This document shows positions 37,915 to 50,579 of a stretch of 58,175 bases of DNA, piece by piece. Where the stretch lies: contig NW_014040377.1 in the NCBI RefSeq assembly GCF_001186125.1, positions 64,818 through 122,992 on the forward strand. The letters are read 5' to 3'. Numbering within the stretch: position 1 is the first letter of the stretch; each line of letters opens with the position of its first letter. The DNA is from Sphaeroforma arctica JP610. Taxonomy: Eukaryota. Under the pieces are notes generated by a model, which searched no databases, was not told where the DNA came from, and saw nothing but the letters and a program-made list of their open reading frames with translations. The position numbers and the translations under genes are program-made.

Positions 37915-39030
37915 GACAAGCCCTCCCATGATAGCTTTACCCATTGCCGGGAACACACCCCAATCCGCCTATGTGCCATGATAGCAATTAACACGTTCCT
38001 GTTCAAATTGCTTGACTATCGTACTGGTGGATGCCTTTGCCCAGTGTGCACCGAAGATAAGACTTTTATTTCCAGCACTTTGCTTGTATCAGTAACTTAA
38101 TAAGGCGTAATCTGGTGGGCCATATTTTACCACCGATTAGACCGGACTTATTACTACAGCGACAGCATCGGCATGACCACAACGGCATATGGACTCTCCA
38201 CGAACATCTCGGAAGGTTCCTTCTCCATGAACAGCGGACACCAATTTATCCCTATCCAGTATTGGTCGATAAATTGATGTTTCCCATACCCCGTCTCATC
38301 ACTCTACTGAAGTACTATTTCCAGATTCCGGTGCAGACCAAATCTTCGAGACTTCTGGTCCCACCTATGACATTTCCCGCTATGGCTAGCCAGGATATTT
38401 CAAATACATCAGTTGTGTGATGTGGTATCGGGCAGCCACCAACTTCGATCCGAAACAAAATTGCGGATAACAACCTCCAATTTATCCCTATCCAGTATTG
38501 GTCGATAAATTGATGTTTCCCATACCCCGTCTCATCACTCTACTGATGTACTATTTCCAGATTTCGGTGCAGACCAAATCTTCGAGACTTCTGGTCCCAC
38601 CTATGACATTTCCCGCTATGGCTAGCCAGGATATTTCAAATACATCAGTTGTGTGATGTGGTATCGGGCAGCCACCAACTTCGATCCGAAACAAAATTGC
38701 GGATGACAACCTCACCCTTTTTGGTATCACGTTCTAAAATACTCAGACAGACTCGGCCATATGACCACTACGAGCGTGGGCCAGCTTTATTCCACGCAAT
38801 GCACACAGGTTTTAGTTCTCACCTAATGATAGAGTATTCCATATTCATCGTCATGCACTAACGTACTAAATTTCTTCCATGTTGGTATCACTCGCCCCGA
38901 GCTTCTGCTCGCAGCAGTTCGACAATCTTAACTTCCCTTCAGTTTTTCCAGAACCTCTCCAACGAATATGAAGCCTGATGTGCATGTAGACATAAAATCC
39001 AAATTGAAATAAAAAATGTTATCCCTAAGG
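37915..39030 (+). mobile_element. 5'-truncated fragment of the LINE-like family, with an internal 236-bp tandem duplication (38241-38476/38477-38712)
   Basis: High similarity to 23130-23820, including the CLCPVC motif and PIPRLITLLKYYFQI.VQTKSSRLL. Confidence 0.85.
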
Positions 39031-42000
39031 ATATATAATCCTGGTATATAAGATACAATTCAAATCCTTGAGCGTGGTGCGATCAGCGATTTGTGCACTT
39101 CCAAAGCTGTGTACATTTTAGTTCAGCAACTGTGCAAGGTGATGGTCAATATATGGATATTGGCCAAAGAAATGCTCCTTGACAATGTCACTGGATATTA
39201 TTGATAGTCTTAGTACGATTTGAAAGATGGCTCTCAGCTTCAAGTGCCGCACGAATACATGGCTGAAAATACGTCGGCTTATTGGTTACCCTTTCATTGA
39301 AGTCGATGAGCAAGAAGTATATATCCACACGTATCCATGCTATGTACGACGCCAAACATGGCTTTCAGCTGTAAGTGCCGCACGAATACATAGAAAAAAT
39401 AGGTCCGTTTCTTTTCAGTCTTTCCATTGCCTTTCATGCGCAAGTATTTGTTGTATCTTTGCACGTATCTATGCTAAGTACGTTTGAAAAGATAGATCTC
39501 AGCTTCAGGTGCCGCACGAATACATGGCAGTAGATCACGTCGGCGTTTATGTAAATATAAAAATCTGTAGTACAAATGAATAGTAGAGAAAAAATAGTGC
39601 CCATCAAAACAATCCAAATGGAAATCAGAAGAGTCTATGGTGTACTTTAGAGTTAAAAGAGATACTATCGGTAATAGTGAATATTTTTCTAGAAATAGAA
39701 GTTTTCCACCAAACATTGAATATATACAAGTCGGAGACAGAATTACTGCTATAAAATCCTCTCAGAGCTAGATAATCTATTGTAAATAGGTCATGTTCAG
39801 TCCTCCTGGTCAGCCAATTAGAGATGATACCATTAGTGGAGTGGACAGCTACGTGCGATGTGATGGGGTTCTAGGTGCAACTGAATCACTGCACCAGCTT
39901 TAAGGTTTAATCCTCGGATTTGGTTTTCTAAAAGTTTTATTTTGATCTATACCACTATGAGGAATTTGATACTTGGACGTTAAATCAAGTCAGGGATACG
40001 CCCAATCTGTATTACGTCGATCTGAGTTTACGACACTTGAAATAAATTTAGACCGAAGTAGTGAGTGACTTACACGACCGGAAGTCAATAATGTTAGTGT
40101 AGAGTTGTGAGTTTCAAATGAGGTGTAAGTGTATATCTTTATTTCTGGCCCCACCTTTGGTTTAATATTTAAGATGATTGTGATAGTTTTCAACCACCTG
40201 GGTTCGCCAGCGTGAAAACTCATGTGGTCAATATGAGAAACCTTCTGCAATACACTTCAATACCTCGATACTATTCAATTTCGACTCTTCTGCTTGATAC
40301 TTATTCTCATGCTGACCTTATGATGATCAGACATTTTAGATTATTGCGGATAAGAAACTGAATCAACACTCGGAGTTAGGAAAATCAACTAGGGTTAAGA
40401 AACTTAATGAACTATCGAAGATGGTTAAGAAACGTTATCAACACTCGAGAGTGACTCAACAGACTTAATCGACTCTCCAAGGTATGTCAACTCTTATCAT
40501 GATTTCAGTAAATGGAAAAGGAATTCTTGCTCAAATGTAGAGGGTGTGCCTAACGAGTTAGGTAGATTTGTTACAGTATTGAGTATTGCACACTTTCAGT
40601 GTGAATGTATCATTTAACTCAAACAGTATCACAAAAAACCGAGGCCTTGTTGGGATCACGTAAATATTCAAAATTTATGTTAAATGCACAACACTGGCAT
40701 TTAAAGAATCCGGCAGGCCTTGATTTCAATTTTTATTTACTGTCCTATATCTTCACCTATTACAATCGAATATCAATGTATACACAGGACAACCACTACA
40801 CCAATATTTAAATGATTTGAATATTGGCATCTGTCTTCGAGGGCTGCAATCAAATACATTGTAATTACACAACATGAGCGAATTACAATTTTGATGATAT
40901 TCTTGATACAAAGCAAACTATCAGCATAGGCAGATCTTTATTGAGATAAGAGTGCAGTTATATTCTTTTCACCGAGTTGTTTGAGCTGAACTATTCTTAG
41001 ACAAAATGTGTTTTCTGCATGAACTTAGAATTAATCTTTCTGTATTCAAGTCGAGAATATTACACATACTCGCATTGTTTTAAGGTATCAGCCTTGTAGT
41101 AAGTTTTCAGGTGTTTGACATATATTTAGTCAACCCCAATTTTTCTCAACGCCTATCTCGCAGACTATTTGGCTTTTGAAATTTAATCTGTGCTAACTGC
41201 AGGCGCAAAAATGATTTCATACATCAGGAAACCTTGGATAGAGAATCTCCCTCCTTTCGCGTATTGAATGGATTGTGCAAAGCCATTGCTCCTGGCTTGC
41301 ACGCAAAATCAAAGATTTCTGATACCCAGTTCATTTCATTTATCACTGACCTACTCTGGAAGAATTTGGTTGCTAAAATAATCGCAGCGTGATGATTATA
41401 TTCATTTCATATTCTTTTTAATTTGCGATCGTTCATACTCGGTCACGTAACGATGAAAGTTGTAACAATGTGAAGTCAGAATACTTTTCACATATTAGTT
41501 TTAGGGTTTTAGGGTTTAGGGTTTAGCTAAAACCCATTCGCAGAGATTAAAACGCAATCCTTTGCGCTCGAGATGATAAATGCTGTCTCGAAATTTTACC
41601 CGTGATCGTAGTAGAGTCGATAGATGGTTTATAGTTAGCTCATATTCGCTCCAAGGCTATTATTGTATAGGATACTTCATCGGCAACAAAACGACAATTC
41701 AAAACCGTCTGGTAGCATGTCGGACTGGTTCGCTACATGGAGACTAAATATACCTATAAGAGATCATACTTGTTAGTGAATGATGAAGCTCTTATCGATC
41801 ATAAAGCTCATACAAAAAGCTGAGTATCATCTCAGGGCTAACATATTGAATAGGCGGATTGTGTCAGTATGACGGGGTATATTTGGTATACACGAACGGC
41901 CATCCGATAAAGTTCACATGCACAGAAGGCCACCATCAAGATTCACTGTGGCACCAGGCATAATGGCGGTGTATGCCACAACACTTACATGATGACGTCG

Positions 42001-42295
42001 ACACAATAACCCTGTTTGCATCACCCGTCGAGATATTAAATAGGCACTTTTTTCAATACTCCATGTGGAAAAGAGATTAAAAAAGCAATAAACTTATCTT
42101 GCCGTCTCCATTTGACGAGAATTGCATATACATTTGCTTAACAGAATTAAGGACGAACTTATCCGGCGACACTAACTGTGTTTCATTTTATAGTGTAGTT
42201 CAACTACAGCTGATGTCAATCAATGGTTACGTGAAATATTTTCATTCCGGCCGAGAAAACTCTCAAGTAAGCGGTATCAATCCCGCTGAGACATT

Positions 42296-42880
42296 TTGAC
42301 CCTCCACGAACACCTTGGATCCTTTCACCAGCATGTAGAACAACACCCGTACCCGCACCCGTCTCTGACACATCAACAGATGTTTCCCATACCCCGGCTA
42401 ATCACACTGTTGAGGTACTACTTCCAAATTATGGTCCAAACCAAGTCATCGCGCTTGTTGGTTTCGCCTATGATACTTCCGATCCAGGCCAACCAGCATA
42501 TACCGAGTGCATTCGTGGTCTGGTGCGGCATTGGTTCACCCCCAATTTCGCTCCTCGACCGAATTGTGATGGATAACCTGGTCCTACTCGGCATTTCGTA
42601 CTCTAAACCAACCTACTCCACGGCACTACACGGTGTAGACCCGATCCGTACCACAGAGGTGGGCACGCTACCTAGTAGTTCAGCAAGCGAATACGTGGCA
42701 CACTCGATGGTGTCAGTTGTTTGTCAGCATTGGTCTGAATTGACCCAGCGCATATACTCCATCGTCGACTCACTTGACCCAAGCTTCAAACGGGAATCTA
42801 CTGACCACTTTCCCCCATCGATCTTCCCGAGCCCTACAACGGCTATGATAGCCATACCATATGTACATACATTGTAACTT
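42296..42880 (+). mobile_element. More divergent 3' fragment of a related LINE subfamily
   Basis: Protein-level conservation (FPIPRLITLLRYYFQIMVQTKSSRLL...VVWCGIG.PP) despite many synonymous changes relative to 23486-23821. Confidence 0.75.
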
Positions 42881-43687
42881 ATCTCCTTTGAAAAAAATAA
42901 TGTTCTCCCTATTAGAACCTCAGTGTGTGCGAGTTGAAAACCCTGATCAATAACTACTGGTTTTCCATGTACAATATGTTCTGTAGATCACGTGGCAAAT
43001 TTTAGAAACAATATATATATTGTACACGAACGATCAAGAACCACATTCACGGTGTGCGTTAGCTAGAATTGCGAGCACAGGGATGGTGTACCTCGTTCTT
43101 TAGATATACATGAAAGCAGGCAGAAACGCCGTTTCGCAGATCGAATTTGTCAAAAAAAAAAAACTACACCCGCCAGTTATCGGAATAGAAACAGTTCTAA
43201 TCAGTGGTATAGGCGCATTTTGACCGATGTGGAAGTCGCATATTTCTAACGAGCTTTACAAACACTCAAGCTTATGCAATTTTCTGATAACTGCAATACA
43301 GGATAAATAGTTCTAAACATACAGCGTACCTTATGGGGCATGCATATATAAAAATTCGCTGTGTCATATAATGAAATGACAAAAAAAACTGGCTGTTTAT
43401 ATATATATATATAGAAAGTGTATGCCGATCGTCCAATTTAAAGAGTTTGTTAACATCAGTCACGCAAAACAAGTGCCAGGTCCCGTTTCACAGTAAAGGA
43501 ATGCTTCGAGCCTGTAAAATGACGTATATCTAAGATATTCTGAAGTGCGACGACCCAATAAGATAACAAGATAACTTTTAAGGTAAATGTATGTTATATT
43601 CAAGCTGTTAGAAAGTACGAAATCTTCGAGAGGATATTTTGTACATTACATATTATGGCAAATGACAGCTCACCAGAAATCACTTCG

Positions 43688-44126
43688 GATCAGTGCATAC
43701 CAGACCTTCTTACACAGCAACTTTAGCTTATCATGCTTTACAATAGTAAACCCATTTATTTTTGATACTGGACGCGAGTATACATAGAGAACAGGGAAGA
43801 TTATTGTCATTATACATTCTTTCTATTTACGACCATTGATGTACACGAGATACACTTGAGCATTAGCAATCCTCAATAATCAAAGCTCAAGAAATAGTTT
43901 AAACTACTCAAGTGGATAGGATCAGGGGATACCAGACCTTTCCACACATTAACTCTAGCTTATCATACTTAAAAACCTATGTATTTTTTTATACTGGACA
44001 CGAGGATACATAGAGAACAGGAAAAAATAGTGTCATCATACATCCCTACTATCTACCACCGTTGGCGTTTACGAGATACACTTGAGCATTGTCAATCCTC
44101 AATATTTAAAGCTCAGAAATTAGTTT
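43688..44126. repeat. Diverged tandem duplication, ~230-bp period
   Basis: Shared blocks ATACCAGACCTT, TAGCTTATCAT, ATACATAGAGAACAGG and ACGAGATACACTTGAGCATT..CAATCCTCAATA occur twice. Confidence 0.85.
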
Positions 44127-46950
44127 GTATCACGCAAGTGGTTACGTATACCCTGTTGTGTCGTATAAAACTATGAGCTGCACGAGCGATGAGCTGAATG
44201 CAAATTCCGCTTTAGTTGGACTGTTGGTCGACTTCATTTGATGAAATGTGTGCACGTTGATGTAAGTTCTCATCAGAACTGAAGTGAAAACTGAGGCGAG
44301 AGACACGGTCACAATATGTCTCAAAAAATGGCCTCGAAGATCATGGCGCGACCAAAATTGAAGTGGCCGACGGCACCACATACAACTACTATGCAATCGA
44401 AAGGTATATAACCATGTCGTGAATCTATTTTGATATTCCACTATCTATCTCATAATCACTTAAGTATCTTTTCAATGATTGTCTACAATTTTGAACCTTC
44501 AAAATTATGAAACTTCATACTACGGAGCGTTCGGCCAGAAGATATTGTTATGAACAATAATCATATAGCTGAATAGGCGATCAAACGTTATATTACAAAA
44601 CAGGCGATATGATGGGAATATATACATAGAAGTATATTCATTGTTATATATAGTTGAGCTATTTTCTTTTTAATGCGTATGAGATATTTTCAGATGACAT
44701 TGCGGCGGTGCATTCAGCTGGGTACACCACCAGTTTTTCCACTTAACAGTGAGTTTAACGCAAAGTACCTGATATTTTTACTCCACACAAGTCAAACTGC
44801 GAACATGTTCATCGATTCGAGCTGCGATACTATATGTTGCACACAAGTATAATTGAGTGAAAGACACAACATCACACCTTGCCGAGTAGTTTTCATCAAA
44901 TGTCAGATTCGTTTTTACCAGTGTAGTAGTTAGAATTGGCCTTGAGTTCGTTCATGACAGCTTTGGCAATATAACCACAAAGTTTGACGGTATTTTTGAC
45001 GTTAGGAGTGCTGCCTATAGACAATACAGAGAAGCCTAGCGACAATTCATACTTTGTTCGTTCCGTCGCCAACGTAATCGGATTTGTCATCTGGAAGGAT
45101 TGTATCTGCAATAAAGATCGACAGGTTGAATATGAATATTTTAGCGTGACCAATGTCACAGTTGTTATTTTCTGACAGCGACAAGAGGTAGTGACTGAAA
45201 ACCAATACACTACTGTTTTGCCGAATTTACGAAGGTGTATATTTGCCCGAGACATACTGCACAACAGTGAACACGAAAAGTTTTATGCCAATTCAAAACT
45301 GTTTAAATCACTAAACTCTTTTTATTTTGCAAATAACCACTTCTCTCGCGTACATATTAACTATAGCTGTCCTGAAGCAGCCGGTACTTTTTTTCTCATA
45401 ATTTGCGACTGAACGTCTATTTTCAAATGATCTAATTGAGCAAAGCAAGGCTTACTAAACGTCTTTACTACGTCTCACATCTCAGTCATAAATTCCAGGG
45501 TTCTTCATCCAAAAGAACAGCATGGTGCACGAGAAACAAAAGGTCTTTCAGAAAAGTTAGATGCGTGTTGATAATCCTTTAACGTAGAATGATAAAGGTA
45601 GAAAAGGATAGACTAAAACTACGGGGCCCAGCATTAACTCTTAGAATCTGGCCCTCACATTATGGATTTATTAACCACATTTATTCTAGCTTTCTACTAC
45701 TGGTGTTCTCTACTGACTCGTACCCACTGAAGACTGCTAGCTTAAAAGTTGCGCAAGTTTATTACACGGAGACAGGAATAAACATATTTATTTCAAGATG
45801 ACAGTTTATTAACTAATGGGAACGCTTGATTATTGACTAGTAGCGTGAGTCAGGTAGTTTTATATCCAATTGGGTTGGTAATCTCTGGCCGGTACGATCC
45901 GCTTCCATCCGATCTTCGGTTTTCGGGGCCGCTCGGATATTCGAGGTGGCCAGTTCACTCTGGTCGGGTGAGTGAGAATTTTTTCAATTCCTGAACGAGT
46001 ATCTTTTTAGTAGAAGGCTATGGAACGAGATTCGAACTTGGAGTCCGGAGACAGCATGTGTATTCTAGCTTTCTACTACCCGTGGTCTCTATTGATATTC
46101 GGTATCGCTCTCCAAGGCTGCTTCAAACAAATCACATATCTACCATAGTCTTATGTTCTGATCGGCGTACAGGATTATAGAACCTAACGATAATTCTCAA
46201 TGGACTCTCAAAATCAAATATATTGTCAAAACAGCTGAAAGTTTTTAATTTTCATTATGCTAACAGGATGATGTTCAATACGCATAGTTTAAAATATGCG
46301 CAAAATTTAATGCACGAGATAGGGTTGAGGGCGGTTGCCACACCTACCGACTAAACGAGTGAGGACTCGTACCACAAACGCAGCTTCAAGCACGCTTGGA
46401 AATCTGCTATCCGACATGGTATAGGTCACACGTTAACTAACAACGTGAAATGCCAGTCGACACTTCCAAGGTTCGCGACAGGTTCACCTAGAATCTGACA
46501 ATCGAAGATTCCGCAGATTAACTGAAACGATTGACCAGAATGCGTCAACTAGCAGGCTTCTCGGCATGTCTCACTGCCAGACCTCTATATAACGGGACTA
46601 TCGTGCGGCTTCAATTGTATTACAGGAGAATCGATGTCGTTTGGTCTCTGAGCACAAACCTCCAAACCAGTTTAAAATAAATCAAAATATGTCTGGCTAT
46701 CTGCCGCTCATATCAAATAGAGGTACAACGGATTCCGCGATACCAAGGTACTGAACAGTTGTGTACCTCAACCCTCGTATGGTAAGAATTGGGATTTGTG
46801 TGTTCGCTATCCTTGCTGACACCAACAGCGCATACCAGATAGAAAAGGGACAGACAAAGATTTGTGTTCGTAAAATATACCCTGACCCACAAAGACCTGG
46901 TGGCAGCGTCGTTCATACTACTATCGTACCTTTGCTCCACATTCGTTCAA

Positions 46951-48243
46951 CTACACGGTGAAGCTCTCGCCACAAGCACACATGTGCTTCACATTCGGGT
47001 TGTTGAATACAAACCCTGAGCTCAATTTCTCATCCACGTAATCCATTTCCGACCCAATAATGGACATAAGCGCCTTACTGCAAGTAAAAAAGTGAAAAGA
47101 AGTATTCAATCAAGTAATATCGACAGAAAGAGATATTACTTGCATATATTGCTTACAAAGGTTTCATCACATTTTAAATGTTTATCAACGCATAGAAAGA
47201 TACCATGTTGGGATACATAGCTGAATATCGAAGACAATACATATACCATCCATTAACGCGGGAAGATTGTACAGAGGCAGACATAGCAATCAATACCGAA
47301 CTAAATCGTTCAAACTTGAGTAAACTCGAAGGTCGTATAGTATTTAAATCTCAAGCGAAATATGAGAGATGCTTATAATCGAGAACAGCAAGAAGCTTTC
47401 CACAAGTATCATCAGTACATGGCGAAGGCTCTAAAATTCCAAGAGAGATCGAACATACAAAATATAACGTACAAAGATGCATGTAACTTCGATATGTTGA
47501 TTCATAAATGCTTTACAAGAATAAAAAGATAAAATACCTGTCGATATACACACGCGCGTCATCCACCACAACCTCTTCATCAAACTTTGCTTTCTCTTTC
47601 GCATAGCTCATCGTGTATGACATGCCATTACAACCTTTGCGCAGAGTTCCAATCTTGATTGCTGCAGCATCCTGGCCCTTGAGCATGTCCTTAATGTGGT
47701 TCACTGCGGTCGGTGTCTGATATATGATAGGATGTGTGAAACAGTGATAGCCACAATAAGACATCGCCCTGTCTAGAGTTGAAATCGAAAGCTCACGTTG
47801 ATGTTCCCGCAAGGCCACTATGTCACCAAAGTTTAAGTTTTGAGACATTCAGAAATCAAGCTCGATCAAAAAAGAAGCTAGCTGACATCGTTTTAAAACA
47901 AACAACAAGCTTTGAACACCTTCAAATCGAAAATTCAACACTGCAATACACGTATGGATATATAAATGCGACCCGCGTAATTCAAAACTTCATTATAAAC
48001 ACAACGTATTCGACACTCGCGTATGAATTATGAACTTACAGGTAGGTACTGTCTAGGGCCAAGGCAAAGCCAAGATATCATATCTACCGAGATCATGATG
48101 GCAAAGCCCCGCACAGGCAAAAATCAGTTCAAGAGAAAGCGCAACAAAAAAAACCATGCAACACTTACGATAGACATAACGGATTTAGACGGTCTGAGTT
48201 TGCGGCCCACGACTGTCCTGACGGCACCTCCTAAAGCAGCCAT
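46951..48243 (-). CDS. ISCA1: Iron-sulfur cluster assembly protein IscA1, 3 exons: 48243-48169, 47716-47538, 47077-46951
   Basis: Spliced product has SITPTAVNHIK...KGCNGMSY...KAKFDEEV...IIGSEMDYVDEKLSSGFVFNNPNVKHMCACGESF, the HesB/IscA Cys motifs. Canonical splice sites. Confidence 0.96.
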
Positions 48244-49222
48244 GTTTGCCAATTGATCCTGAGTAGAAATTTGACGTGTCTGACGGAAGCAGAAAACGAA
48301 GTTTCAATTTCGAGGTTGTGATAGTTAAAATAATGAGAGCCAAAATTCAAGAAGCTGTGCAGATTTCACCTCCATTTATATAGTTGTAGCAATATTCAGT
48401 TCATATCAGCACGCTGTCGCGAGTGTGCCAGGATGCTTTAGTTGATAAATAATTGACTCTCACTGACGCTGTTCAAAGCGATTCAAAGCGATACACAGAA
48501 TTGCAATTTCACTAAGCACTTTCATTGTTTCTTGAGCGAAAATAAGCAAGAGGCCTGCAGGCGTAAGCAGCACAATTTAAGAAAGTAACGCGCATTTAAT
48601 ACTACTCACATGCTACACAAACACACACAGGATATGAGATATAAATACAACACAGATAAATATGCATGGAAAAGATCACGCTGAACCCGAAACGAGAGTT
48701 CTGATCAAAACTATTCCAAAGAGAATTTCCACGCATTTCACTATACATATTTGGAAAAAATACGTGTACATACACATACATACATACATATTTACAATAC
48801 ACACACGCACATATATATACATATATAAATAAATATGGATTCCCTAATACTTGTAAGAGTGCGATATGCTTTTGTACAGTTGTGAAATATTTAAACTCAA
48901 ATTGACATACATAGATGTATGTATCAAATTTATAAACATGGCAGATCGAGATAAATAAGATACAGACTCGAACAATACAGCAACACACACATATATATAT
49001 ACAAATAGAAAGGTATATATATAAATAAATATACAATACATACTATACACATACTCTCTCATACACGTATACACCCACACCTACCCATATATATATATAT
49101 ATATTAAATATATAATCGTAGTCTGAAGATAGTAAACCATCGTACCTTCCACTATGTAGACGAAATATTTACATATAGGAAATAATGACAAGAAATGTAT
49201 TTATATAAATACACACCCATGT

Positions 49223-49384
49223 TCACACACACACACACACACAAACACACACAAACATAAATATATTTATTATATTTAAATACACTGAAGAAATATATTC
49301 ACATATATATATATTTATGCTAATATATATACACACACACACACACATACACACGTGTACACACACACACACACATACACACGT

Positions 49385-49430
<46 letters not shown>
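49223..49430. repeat. (CA)n/(TA)n microsatellites; another (TA)n at 49961-50017
   Basis: Directly visible. Confidence 0.95.
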
Positions 49431-49431
<1 letters not shown>

Positions 49432-49959
49432 GTGTACCGTTTATCCCGACTCAACTAAAAGTCCAATGTTATTCACGCAGTAGACCATATCTTTGGGTAT
49501 TTGATAACGAGCCCAAGTGGGTTAAGAGCGCTATGTAAATCTTGAAGGCTCGCTTAATACAATATTTCTGTTTAAACATGGTACATATATATACACATCC
49601 CCAAATTGCCATACAATGGAACGACACCTAACATAAAACACGCCACTATAATACTCACTTGGTAATGCGATCGATGCGCTAAAATTCTGTTCTTCTCCTT
49701 CGGCTAGAAGAACGATAGTTGGTGTATACTGTAAAGCTGAACTTAACTCTCCAAGTTTCGAACAAGTAAAAGACAGGGTAAGAATTGACCTCGAAGTACG
49801 ATCTTGGCTCTGCAAGAGTCGTTACTACCGTGGATACCTTCTGTACGGTTGCTTGTGTTATATGTATCTGATCTGTTAATCTTTGGATGTTGAATAGTGC
49901 CTATTTGGTATTTTAATATTACTCTCGCGTACATTGCAGTGGTGCGTATTCGTTCTTTG

Positions 49960-50004
<45 letters not shown>

Positions 50005-50579
50005 TATATATATATATAAATGTTTTTCAAAAAAAAAGGAATACGTTTATCATGTCATGATATTGTGTGAGAGCACTTATGACTCCTCAGCTTGAAGTCC
50101 GAGTCTCCGACTTGGTTCATTTTGGGCATTGGTCTTTTTCAATTTCCAGAAAATCGGGAAAAAATATTTTGATGATAAAATAATAGATTATCCTTTACCT
50201 ATTATCACATTTGATATAATAAGTATATTGAATTGAAGAAAACCAATCAGGCCATGAGAAAAACCACCACAATAGTTTAGTACATAAATAAGATGAATAA
50301 TCCAGCGTCGCAAAATATTTTCATGGCCTTCTGTTTCTTGCATGATGAATCTCTCAGGGTAATATTTTCCAGAAAAAAAGGTTGATATGCGACAGAGGCC
50401 TAGTACTAGTACCTACCGTAAAGGCGTAAACTGTATAAGTCGCATATTATTTACCCCGTATTTTAAATATGTTCACATGTGTAGTTAGGCTCGCATGACC
50501 CAAAGTTTTCCCGTTGAGTTAGTATACCACCACACAGACATCTCATCGTGTCTTTTCCCACAGAGTTGCAATATTCAAC

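Noticed and set aside
39218..39550. Repeat-spacer pattern as a CRISPR array
   Set aside because: Eukaryotic context, only three degenerate repeats, ~100-bp spacers and no cas genes.
39700..45550. Stop-riddled coding-like stretches (~40000-41400, ~44700-45550)
   Set aside because: Probably old TE or pseudogene debris, but no motif I can identify, so not called.
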